A DNA stretch of 57,294 bases from Burkholderiales bacterium. Its GTDB lineage: Bacteria > Pseudomonadota > Gammaproteobacteria > Burkholderiales > Burkholderiaceae_C. Below are positions 20,789 through 28,448 of this stretch, in pieces. Numbering within the stretch: position 1 is the first letter of the stretch; each line of letters begins with the position of its first letter. Made by a program: the position numbers and the translations under genes. The notes beneath the pieces are model-generated. The model was not told the DNA's origin and made no database searches. It worked only from the letters and a program-made list of their open reading frames with translations. The DNA lies in the NCBI GenBank assembly GCA_039932275.1, contig JBDTQF010000001.1, positions 1 to 57,294 on the forward strand. The letters run 5' to 3'.

Positions 20789-22027
20789 TCAGAGCACCCA
20801 GGCGGGCACGGCGGCGATGCCGGGCCGGGCCGCCAGCGCAAGCGGCTCCGGCACCATGCAGACCACCGCGCCCTCGCCCACCGGGGCGCCGGTGTGGGCC
20901 AGGGCCTGCATGCCCTTGAGCGCATCGGCGCCCGGGGTTGCCGACATCTTGCACTCGACGGGGTGCAGGTGTCCGTTCTGTTCGATGAGCAGGTCGATTT
21001 CGCGCTGATCCTTGTCGCGGTAGTAGTGGAACGGCGTGTGCCGACCGGCATGCGCATGGCTCTTGAGGATCTCGGTGATCACCCACGTCTCGAAGATCGG
21101 CCCCGACAACGCGCCGGCCTGCAGCGTTTGCGGGCTGCTCCACTGCGTGAGGTAGCTGCAAAGCCCGGTGTCCAGCAGGTAGAGCTTGGGAGTCTTGACC
21201 AGCCGCTTGGTGAGGTTGGTGTGCCAGGGTTGCAGCAGGTAGACGATGCCCGAGGCTTCGAGGATCGACAGCCAGTGCTTGGCCGTGTTGGGCGCAATGT
21301 CGGTGTCGCGCGCCAGGTCGGCAATGTTCAGCAACTGGGCCGTTCGTGCTGCCGCCGCACGCAGGAAGCGTACGAACGCGCTCTCGTCACCCACGCGCGC
21401 CAGGTCGCGCACGTCGCGCTGCAGGTACGTCTGCAGGTACGAGGCGTAGAACAGGTCCTTGTTCATCGCGGGTTGCGTTGCCAGGGCAGGGTAGCTGCCG
21501 CGCCAGATCTGCTGGTAAAGGCCTTCGAGATCGTTGCGCAGCCCGGTCGCGGCGTAGATGCGCAGGGTCTCGGCGGTGGGCACGAAGGGCCCGGCGGGGG
21601 GCAGCCCGAGCGCTTCTCGTCGCGACAGGGCCAACAGCGGCAACACCGCCACTCGCCCGGCCAATGACTCGGCCACGCCCTGCATCAGGTGAAAGGGCTG
21701 TGAGCCGGTAAGCCAGTACGCGCCCGGGGTGTGGGCGCTGTCCACGGCGATCTTGATGAGCGGCAGCAGTTGCGGGGCGTACTGGATCTCGTCGATCAGC
21801 ACGGGCGCCGGATGGCTCTGGATGAACAGCGCCGGGTCTTCGCGGGCCAGCCGCAGAACGAGCGGATCGTCGAGCGTGACGTAGCGGCGCCCGGCCTCGG
21901 CCGCGGCGCGCAGCAGCGTGGTTTTGCCCACCTGCCGGGCCCCGGTGACGAGCACCACTGGAAAAACTGCGCTGGCCTCGGCGATGTGCGGCGTGAGAAA
22001 CCGGGTGAGATTGTTGGGCGGAACCAA
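20789..22027 (-). CDS. AAA_14 ATPase with C-terminal DUF4143 / PD-(D/E)XK-like domain
   Basis: TGARQVGKTT Walker A, LIDEIQ Walker B, LTGS, ESLAGR, KRLVKTPKLYLLDTG, YYRD....EIDL...PVECK. TTG start is inferred. Confidence 0.9.
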   Translation of the reverse strand: MVPPNNLTRFLTPHIAEASAVFPVVLVTGARQVGKTTLLRAAAEAGRRYVTLDDPLVLRLAREDPALFIQSHPAPVLIDEIQYAPQLLPLIKIAVDSAHTPGAYWLTGSQPFHLMQGVAESLAGRVAVLPLLALSRREALGLPPAGPFVPTAETLRIYAATGLRNDLEGLYQQIWRGSYPALATQPAMNKDLFYASYLQTYLQRDVRDLARVGDESAFVRFLRAAAARTAQLLNIADLARDTDIAPNTAKHWLSILEASGIVYLLQPWHTNLTKRLVKTPKLYLLDTGLCSYLTQWSSPQTLQAGALSGPIFETWVITEILKSHAHAGRHTPFHYYRDKDQREIDLLIEQNGHLHPVECKMSATPGADALKGMQALAHTGAPVGEGAVVCMVPEPLALAARPGIAAVPAWVL

Positions 22028-22029
22028 GA

Positions 22030-22066
22030 TTCGTCCAAAATGCAGTGAGATTGCATTTTGGACGAA
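22030..22066. repeat. Perfect 15-bp inverted repeat TTCGTCCAAAATGCA-gtgagat-TGCATTTTGGACGAA
   Basis: Read directly; lies 2 bp upstream of the inferred start of the DUF4143 ATPase. Confidence 0.95.
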
Positions 22067-22101
22067 ATCGCTGCGACAGCCAAGGTGGCTGCCGCCGGGA
22101 T

Positions 22102-22584
22102 TCAATCGGGCAGCGTGCGCAGCAGCCGCGCCGGGTTGCCGGCGTAGATGCCGGGCCGGGTGATGTCGCGGGTCACCACGGCGCCGGCGCCGATGACCGC
22201 GCCATCGCAGATGCGCACCGGCAGGATGGTGGCGTTGGAGCCGATCGAGACGCGGTGGCCGATGGTGGTACTGCGCCACTGGGTGCGGTCGCCGCGGGCC
22301 GGGCCGCCGGTCTGGAACAGGTCGTTGACGAACATCACGCCGTGGCCGATGAAGCAGTCGTCGCCGATGCTGACGAGCTCGCAGATGAAGGCATGCGACT
22401 GCACCTTGGTGCGCGCCCCGATCACCACACCGCGCTGGATCTCGGTGAACGGCCCGACGAACACGCCGTCGCCCAGCCCGCATTCGTAGACGTTGGCCGG
22501 CTCGACGATGCGCACGCCCTCTCCGCACTGGACATCACGCACGCTGACTTGCAGCAGGCGGGCGGTGGTGGATTCGGCGGGCAT
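22102..22584 (-). CDS. Hexapeptide-repeat N-acetyltransferase (WbpD/FdtC-like)
   Basis: VGPFTEIQ, QSHAFICE, GHGVMFVND, IGSNATILP, IGAGAVVTRD, YAGNPAR. Confidence 0.88.
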   Translation of the reverse strand: MPAESTTARLLQVSVRDVQCGEGVRIVEPANVYECGLGDGVFVGPFTEIQRGVVIGARTKVQSHAFICELVSIGDDCFIGHGVMFVNDLFQTGGPARGDRTQWRSTTIGHRVSIGSNATILPVRICDGAVIGAGAVVTRDITRPGIYAGNPARLLRTLPD

Positions 22585-22681
22585 GGTGGGACGAGCTGAC
22601 GCGTGGTGTGCGGCAGTGTACGGGGGGTGCTCCGATGGCAAACGATGGCCGCCGAAGAAGGGCGGCGCGACAATTCACCGC

Positions 22682-23746
22682 ATGTCGACTCGGTCTGAAC
22701 GCCACACGGTCTCGATCGCCTTTGTTCGCGCCGCGCTGGCCAATGTGCCGGGCGAGCGGGCGCAGCACCTGCTGCAGGCCTGTGGCATTGCCCCCGAGCT
22801 GCTGGCCATGGACCAGGTGCGCGTGCCGGCGCAGAGTTTTGCGGCGCTGTGGCTGGCGGTAGCGCAGGTGCTGGACGATGAATTCTTCGGGCTCGATGCC
22901 CGCCGCATGAAGGTGGGCAGCTTCAACCTGCTGTGCCACGCCGCCTTGCAGGGTGAGACGGTGGAGCAGGCCCTGCGCCTGGTGCTGCGCGGCTTCGGGG
23001 TCATCCTCGACGATGTCGCACCGGGCCTGGAACTGCAGGGCGACGAGGCCGCGCTGGTGACGGACAACCGCATTGCCGATGCGCCCGCCCACCACTTCGC
23101 CGACGAAACGCTGCTGGTGATGCTGCAGGCCCTGCTGTGCTGGCTGGCCGGGCGACGTGTACCCATCCTGCGGGTGGATTTCGCCAGCGCGGCGCCCGCG
23201 CATGTGGCCGAGTACCGGTTGATGTTCGCCGACGCCTTGCGCTTCGGCCAGCCACGCACGGCGCTGTGGTTCGGCGCTGGCGTGCTGTCGGCGCGCGTGG
23301 TGCCGGACGACGCCAGCCTGAAGCGCTTCCTGCGCGATGCGCCGCAGTCGGTGTTCCTGAAGTACCGCAATGAAACCAGCTGGACCTCGCGCCTGCGCCA
23401 CCGCATGCGCCATCGCTACACCCAGGCCACGTTGCAGGCCGAGGATCTGACGATCGACGCGCTGGCCGGCGAATGCCATGTGTCACCTTCCACGCTGCAG
23501 CGGCGGCTGGAGGCCGAGGGCAGCAGCTTCCGTCGCCTCAAGGACGAAGTACGGCGCGACCTGGCGATCCACCTGCTGTGTCACGGCACGCAGAACCTGG
23601 GCGACATCGCAGCGACACTGGGCTTCCAGGAAGCCAGTTCCTTTCACCGCGCTTTCAAGGGCTGGACCGGCGTGCAGCCGGGCGCGTACCGCAACCTGCG
23701 GCTGGGTGATCCAGCGGGCGCCCGGGCCGCGCCGGTGCCCGATTGA
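22682..23746 (+). CDS. AraC-family transcriptional regulator (OruR-like N-terminal domain)
   Basis: C-terminal STLQRRL..EG.SF..LKD.VR.DLA and LGFQEASSFHRAFKGWTG..PG.YR. Confidence 0.92.
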   Translation: MSTRSERHTVSIAFVRAALANVPGERAQHLLQACGIAPELLAMDQVRVPAQSFAALWLAVAQVLDDEFFGLDARRMKVGSFNLLCHAALQGETVEQALRLVLRGFGVILDDVAPGLELQGDEAALVTDNRIADAPAHHFADETLLVMLQALLCWLAGRRVPILRVDFASAAPAHVAEYRLMFADALRFGQPRTALWFGAGVLSARVVPDDASLKRFLRDAPQSVFLKYRNETSWTSRLRHRMRHRYTQATLQAEDLTIDALAGECHVSPSTLQRRLEAEGSSFRRLKDEVRRDLAIHLLCHGTQNLGDIAATLGFQEASSFHRAFKGWTGVQPGAYRNLRLGDPAGARAAPVPD

Positions 23747-23897
23747 CGGCCTTGGTGGTCGTTATTCGCGTGGCACCGCCCATTGGGAGGGGTCTCAATC
23801 CCGGCCACAGTCAGTAACATCCGGCGGCCTGCGGCTGTGCTGCGCAGCGCATCAATGTTGCGCATGACCATGGCGCAAGACGCACAAGGATCCATCG

Positions 23898-24668
23898 ATG
23901 AGTTCACCCTCCGTCACGCCGGGGCTGGAAGAGAGCGTTGCCGCCGACGGGGCAGCGATGGCTGACGTGGCTTTCCGGCCGGTGGATCTCTGGGCCCTGC
24001 TGGAGCCCGAGGGCTCGGTGGCGGCAGGGCGCGCTGGCGGGGCCTTGTCGCAGGTCGGGCCGGCGCGGGGGCGTTTGCAACGGGCCCGGCTGGTGCGCGA
24101 TCCGCTGGATTTGGCGACCCATGTCGCGCGGGTGCTGCAGGAGTGCCATGCGGCGCTTGAAGGCGGCGATGCGGCGGCGCAGGAGGGCGCCCTGTTCGAC
24201 GCGCTGCTCGATGTATTCCTGGCGCTGGGGCCGAGCGGGCCCGAACTGCGCGCTGGGCTGCTGGCCCGCGCGCGCCCATGGTTGGCGCCGGATCACCATG
24301 CTTACCTCGCGCGCCATCTCGGTTCGGGGCTGGGGCCTTACACCGCCTTGCCGGCGGCCTCGCAGGCGGTGCTGGGCCGGGGGCTGATCGGCGCCATCGC
24401 CTTGGTGCGGCCGCCGCAGGCGCCGGTTCGCTCGGTCTCGGCCAGCCAGCTGCTGGAGCAGGCCATCGACCTGGTCGACCGGGGCGATGCCGAGGCGGCG
24501 CAGCTGTTGCTGGAGCAAGCGCTGCTGGCCGACCCGCACGACGGCGAGGTGGCCGACGAACTGCACCAGATGTACCGCCTCAACGGCGACGACGCGGCCC
24601 TGGCCGCCATGACCCAGCGGCTGCGCGCCCAAGGCCTGCCGGTACCGGCAGCCTGGCCGGCGGCTTGA
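23898..24668 (+). CDS. Hypothetical helical protein with a C-terminal TPR-like unit
   Basis: GC-biased coding pattern; A.DLVDRGDAEAA..LLEQALLADP TPR-like motif; first gene of a four-gene run. Confidence 0.65.
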   Translation: MSSPSVTPGLEESVAADGAAMADVAFRPVDLWALLEPEGSVAAGRAGGALSQVGPARGRLQRARLVRDPLDLATHVARVLQECHAALEGGDAAAQEGALFDALLDVFLALGPSGPELRAGLLARARPWLAPDHHAYLARHLGSGLGPYTALPAASQAVLGRGLIGAIALVRPPQAPVRSVSASQLLEQAIDLVDRGDAEAAQLLLEQALLADPHDGEVADELHQMYRLNGDDAALAAMTQRLRAQGLPVPAAWPAA

Positions 24669-24692
24669 GCAGCACAGCACAGAGCCCCGACG

Positions 24693-25325
24693 ATGGAAAC
24701 CTACACGCTCAACGGCCCGTACCACCTGCACCCCACGCCGGCGGGGGCGTTCTATGCGGTCACCCATACCGAACGCGATCTGCCCGCGCAGTTCCTGCAG
24801 CGCCTGCTGCGCGAGGCCGAGGCGCCGCTGATGAACACTGAGTTGCTGCAGGAGTGGACCCATCTGCAAGACGCTGCTGCGCTGGAGTTTCTGTTTCGCC
24901 TGCAGGAGGCCGGCCTGGTGCAGGGCCTGGCCGAGCCGTTGCGCGCGCCGGCCGCCGGGCTGGAGGCGGCACTGCCCGCGCTGCTCGGGCCGTTGTCGAG
25001 CGAGGGGCGGGCGCTGCTGGCCGACCCCAACGGCCTGTGCCTGGGTGGTGCGGGCTACGCTGAGGAACCCAGCGCCGAGCTGGCAGCCCTGGCGGCCGAC
25101 GTGGCCGCGCTGCAAGGGCGCCACGCCGCGTTGCTGAATCGGCACTTCCGCCTGGGTCAGCAGGGCTGGGGCATCGTCGCGGCCGGCGGCTACAGCGAAC
25201 TGGGCTTCTGGCCGCTGCACTTCGGCCCGGCCCATTTCATCCTGGTGGTGAGCGGCGAGCCACGCCTAAACCAACAGGCCTTCACGCAGCTGGCCTGGGC
25301 CCTGGGAGTGCACTATGCGCGCTGA
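24693..25325 (+). CDS. Hypothetical protein with a possible winged-HTH segment and C-terminal roadblock-like domain
   Basis: ALLADPNGLCL...AELAALAA resembles the roadblock beta-hairpin/helix. Overlaps the Roadblock gene by 11 bp. Confidence 0.6.
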   Translation: METYTLNGPYHLHPTPAGAFYAVTHTERDLPAQFLQRLLREAEAPLMNTELLQEWTHLQDAAALEFLFRLQEAGLVQGLAEPLRAPAAGLEAALPALLGPLSSEGRALLADPNGLCLGGAGYAEEPSAELAALAADVAALQGRHAALLNRHFRLGQQGWGIVAAGGYSELGFWPLHFGPAHFILVVSGEPRLNQQAFTQLAWALGVHYAR

Positions 25326-25677
25326 ACTGCTGAGCGCCATCCTGGAGGAGCTGAACGGCTCAAGCGCCGACATCGAAGCCTCGGCCGTGCTGTCCACCGA
25401 CGGCCTGGTGATGGCTGCGCAGTTGCCGCCAGCACTCGAAGAAGACCGCGTCGGCGCGATGAGTGCAGCGCTGGTCTCGCTGGGCGAACGCACCGCGCGC
25501 GAGCTGGCGCGCGGCGAGCTGGAGCAGGTGCTGGTCAAGGGACGCCTGGGCTACGTGCTGATGGCGCATGCCGGGCCTGAGGCAATCCTCACGGTGCTGT
25601 GTACGCCGACCGTGCGGCTGGGGCTGGTGCTGCTCGACCTCAGGCGCGCGGCCGACAGCATCGAGCGGGTGCTGTGA
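25315..25677 (+). CDS. Roadblock/LC7 (MglB-like) protein
   Basis: IEASAVLSTDGL, EDRVGAMSAA..SLG, LEQVLVKG..GY, LGLVLLD; 120 aa. Confidence 0.92.
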   Translation: MRAELLSAILEELNGSSADIEASAVLSTDGLVMAAQLPPALEEDRVGAMSAALVSLGERTARELARGELEQVLVKGRLGYVLMAHAGPEAILTVLCTPTVRLGLVLLDLRRAADSIERVL

Positions 25678-26750
25678 TGAGGTTGCGTGTGGGCGCCGGG
25701 GTGCTGCTGGTTTCAACCCTGGCTTGGCTGGCCATTCCCGCGCTGGCGCAGCCCGGCGGGCTGGTTCCTGCCCCGGTGGCATCGCCGGCAAGCAGCAGCG
25801 GCCTGCGCTCGCTGCGGGTGAGCGAGACGCAGGGCGCAGTGCGCATCACCGTGCCCGGCGATTCGCTCTGGGAGATTGCCGGCGCCGCCGTCGGCAGCAG
25901 CAATGTCGACCGCAACCAGGCCATGGTGGCCATCGTGCGGCGCAACCCGCAGGCGTTTCCCGAAGGCAACCTGAACCAGATCCAGCGTGGCCTCTCGCTG
26001 GTGATTCCGCCGCTGGCCGACATGCGTGCCGAAGACCTGTCGCGGGCCGTGGCGCTGGTGGCCCAGCACCGTCAGGCCCATGCCAACCGGGCCCTGGTGC
26101 CTGTGCCGTTGCATGCGCTGCCCGGCGCGGCCAGTGCACCGGGCTTGACCAGCCCGCCAGCGCCAGCATCTGCTTCGACCGAAGCGGCTGGCCCGGTCGC
26201 CGCGCCGGCATCCGCAGCCGAAGCCGGTGAGGCGACTGCCGCCCCGGCCCCGCCGGGTGTGCCCTGGCTGCCGTTGGGCGTGATTGCCGCCTTGGGCGTG
26301 GTGGCGGTGGGGCTGTTGCTGCGGCGTGGCCGTTCGAGCGAGGACGCGGCCGACCGCGCGGCCGACGCCGAACTGGCCTCGCGGGCCTTCGCCGATTCCC
26401 GCCTGCAACTGGCTTCCCAGCTCGAAGAGGAGCTGGAAAGCCGGCAACTTGCCGCGGCCGATGACGAACCCCTGTACGCGGCGCTGGACGACCCGATCGA
26501 GCTGGCCGATGCGGCGGTGCCGGCCCCGCCCGCGCTCCGTGCGGTGGGCCCGCTGGTCTGGCGGCCGGGGCAGGCCACTGTGCCGGTGACGCCCGCTGCC
26601 GCGGCCGCCGACGAGGCGCCGCCGCCGGCCAGCGGCGAGGCCCTGGCCCTGGCTTTGACGCTGGCGCACGCCTATGCCGACGTCGGCCGGCCCGACACCG
26701 CGCGCCGCTGGCTGCAGGCCATCGACGCCCGGGGCGCCGCGCCGCTCTGA
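25677..26750 (+). CDS. Compact FimV/HubP-like polar landmark protein
   Basis: Signal peptide; LysM/FimV core GDSLWEIA...QAMVAI.RRNPQAF..GNLN....G..L.IP; one TM; acidic linker; C-terminal L.LA.AY.DVG..DTAR..L. Confidence 0.8.
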   Translation: MRLRVGAGVLLVSTLAWLAIPALAQPGGLVPAPVASPASSSGLRSLRVSETQGAVRITVPGDSLWEIAGAAVGSSNVDRNQAMVAIVRRNPQAFPEGNLNQIQRGLSLVIPPLADMRAEDLSRAVALVAQHRQAHANRALVPVPLHALPGAASAPGLTSPPAPASASTEAAGPVAAPASAAEAGEATAAPAPPGVPWLPLGVIAALGVVAVGLLLRRGRSSEDAADRAADAELASRAFADSRLQLASQLEEELESRQLAAADDEPLYAALDDPIELADAAVPAPPALRAVGPLVWRPGQATVPVTPAAAAADEAPPPASGEALALALTLAHAYADVGRPDTARRWLQAIDARGAAPL

Positions 26751-26752
26751 GT

Positions 26753-26860
26753 CGGGGGCCGCGAGCAAAGCGAGCGTGGGGGCGTGCAGTGCCCGCCGGG
26801 CCGCCCCAAGGGCACTGCGCCCCCTCGGGGGGCAGCGAGCAAAGCGAGCGTGGGGGCGTG
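26753..26860. repeat. REP/MITE-like intergenic element: two exact 26-bp copies (26761-26786, 26835-26860) around GC hairpins
   Basis: GCGAGCAAAGCGAGCGTGGGGGCGTG occurs twice, with GCAGTGCCC/GGGCACTGC and GCCCCC-TCG-GGGGGC stems. Lies between convergent stops. Confidence 0.8.
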
Positions 26861-26862
26861 TT

Positions 26863-27615
26863 TCAGGCGGGAATGCGCATCCGCAGGCGGGCCAGCATGG
26901 CTTCGAGCCCATGCATCGGCACAGCCTCGAAGCCTTCTTCGCCCAGGTCGGCGCAGATGTGCTGGCCGGAGGCATGTTGGCGCAGGCCGTCGAAGGCGTC
27001 GATCAGCGCGGGCCGCATCGCCTTGAGGTCGGCGCTGACGCACAGGGCAGGAAAGGCCGCCCGGCTGTGGCTTTGCGCCACGAGGTAGAACGCATGGCGC
27101 GCGGCGGGCTTGAGTTGGTCCCAGTCGGACACCGCCAGCAGCGCCAGTTCGCAGGCGCCGTCAAGCAGCGCCGCCAGCGCCTGGCCGGCCGTGGCGTGGC
27201 TGTGCAGCACCCAGTCGTCTTCGCCCAGGCCTTGTTCGGCCAGCAGATCGAGCCCAAGTTCGGGCAGCAGCCAATGGTCTTCGCCACAGGCCACTGCGAC
27301 CGGGCGGCGGGCGCCCGAGGTCACGCCGCGGCGCGCGAGGATCAGCACTTCCTCGAACTTCTTCATCGGCCGCATGACCGGGATCCAGCCGGCCTCGGCC
27401 ACGCCGCGGGCCACGGTGTGGGCCTGGCCGTAGACGATCAGGCCTCGGTCCTGGGCCAGTGACGGCACTGGGTCGCCCGGCGGGGCGTGCTCGACGCGCA
27501 GCGCCAGGCCGAGCGTGCGTTGCAGGTACACGCTCAGCAGGTACCAGCCAGCCAGACGGTCGGCGCCGTCTTCGTGGGGCACCATCAGGCGCAGTCGGGG
27601 GCTCTTGTCAGTCAT
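26863..27615 (-). CDS. PhnD/phosphonate-binding-like protein without a signal peptide
   Basis: YLQRTLGL, GWIPVMRP, ALAALLDG..ELA and a C-terminal LG.EGFE pattern fit type 2 periplasmic-binding folds. No hydrophobic N-terminus. Confidence 0.65.
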   Translation of the reverse strand: MTDKSPRLRLMVPHEDGADRLAGWYLLSVYLQRTLGLALRVEHAPPGDPVPSLAQDRGLIVYGQAHTVARGVAEAGWIPVMRPMKKFEEVLILARRGVTSGARRPVAVACGEDHWLLPELGLDLLAEQGLGEDDWVLHSHATAGQALAALLDGACELALLAVSDWDQLKPAARHAFYLVAQSHSRAAFPALCVSADLKAMRPALIDAFDGLRQHASGQHICADLGEEGFEAVPMHGLEAMLARLRMRIPA

Positions 27616-27646
27616 CGTCGGGGTCGGTAGGGCGGCGCGGCGGGCG

Positions 27647-28447
27647 TCAGAGCAGGTGCCCGGGCGGGCAGTCCTGCGCCTCGGGCAGCGTGGCGGCAGC
27701 GCGGGCGGCCTGGGCCAGCAGGCGGTCTGCGGGCATGGGGCCGAGCACCCGGCACAGTGCCAGGTAGAAACGCAGCACCAACTCGGCCAGTTCCTCGCGG
27801 GTGGCGGGGATGCGCCAGGCGTGCGAGGTAGGCAGCTGCAGGTGCTGGTACCAGGCGGCACAGGCGGTTTCGCGCGTGACGGCCGAGATCTGAGCGCGCT
27901 GGAACTCGACCAGGCAGGCATCGCGCAGGGCCGCCAGGGAGGCGGCATGGGCGTCCTGAACCTGGCGGATCAGCGCCTGCACCAGGGCGTCGAACACCAC
28001 GTGTTCGGCCAGCACTGCGGTGGCATGTGGCTCTGCCATCGTGGCGAGCCACGGCGCGACGGGTGAGCGCATCGCCGCGGTGGCGAGCCACGGCGCGACG
28101 GGTGAGCGCATCGCCGCGGTGGCCGACCACAGGGCAGGATTCCACTGCGGCGCCCGGGGGGCGGAAGGCGCGTGGCCCGTCAACGGCCACGGGTCGGGTG
28201 GCAACTGCTCCCGCGGCCCGCGCAGCGTGGCGAACAAGCTGGCGTAGAGCCGTCGGCGTGAAGCGTCGTCCAGAGCGTGGCGCTGCGACAGGCTGTCGAC
28301 AAAAGCGATCACGTCCGACGCGGCATCGGAGTGCAACGTGTCCTGCACCAGTTCGAGCGCGCCCAGCGCCGCCTGCTGGCCCAGCAGGGGCAGCAGGGTG
28401 GCATAGGCGGCGCGGCGGTGGAGGGACTGGGTGGCGGCGCTGGTCAC
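27647..28447 (-). CDS. Hypothetical two-lobed helical protein
   Basis: Starts 1 bp after the amt stop; Ala/Leu-rich helical ends joined by a Pro-rich linker. Confidence 0.65.
   Translation of the reverse strand: MTSAATQSLHRRAAYATLLPLLGQQAALGALELVQDTLHSDAASDVIAFVDSLSQRHALDDASRRRLYASLFATLRGPREQLPPDPWPLTGHAPSAPRAPQWNPALWSATAAMRSPVAPWLATAAMRSPVAPWLATMAEPHATAVLAEHVVFDALVQALIRQVQDAHAASLAALRDACLVEFQRAQISAVTRETACAAWYQHLQLPTSHAWRIPATREELAELVLRFYLALCRVLGPMPADRLLAQAARAAATLPEAQDCPPGHLL
28041..28123. repeat. Exact 39-bp tandem duplication (ATAAMRSPVAPWL x2)
   Basis: GTGGCGAGCCACGGCGCGACGGGTGAGCGCATCGCCGCG at 28041 and 28080. Confidence 0.95.
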
Positions 28448-28448
28448 T

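Noticed and set aside
19607-22066. The two long palindromes as integron attC sites or transposon ends
   Set aside because: They are perfect, unrelated to each other, lack RYYYAAC/GTTRRRY ends and extrahelical bases, and no integrase or transposase is present.
20789-22528. 579-aa ORF as one protein
   Set aside because: The first ~165 codons overlap the acetyltransferase in another frame; family motifs begin only near 22000.
23747-23897. Possible GTPase remnant upstream of the roadblock gene run
   Set aside because: No P-loop or G-box motif found in this gap. Only a weak TGCGCAGC/GTTGCGCA palindrome, too weak to call.
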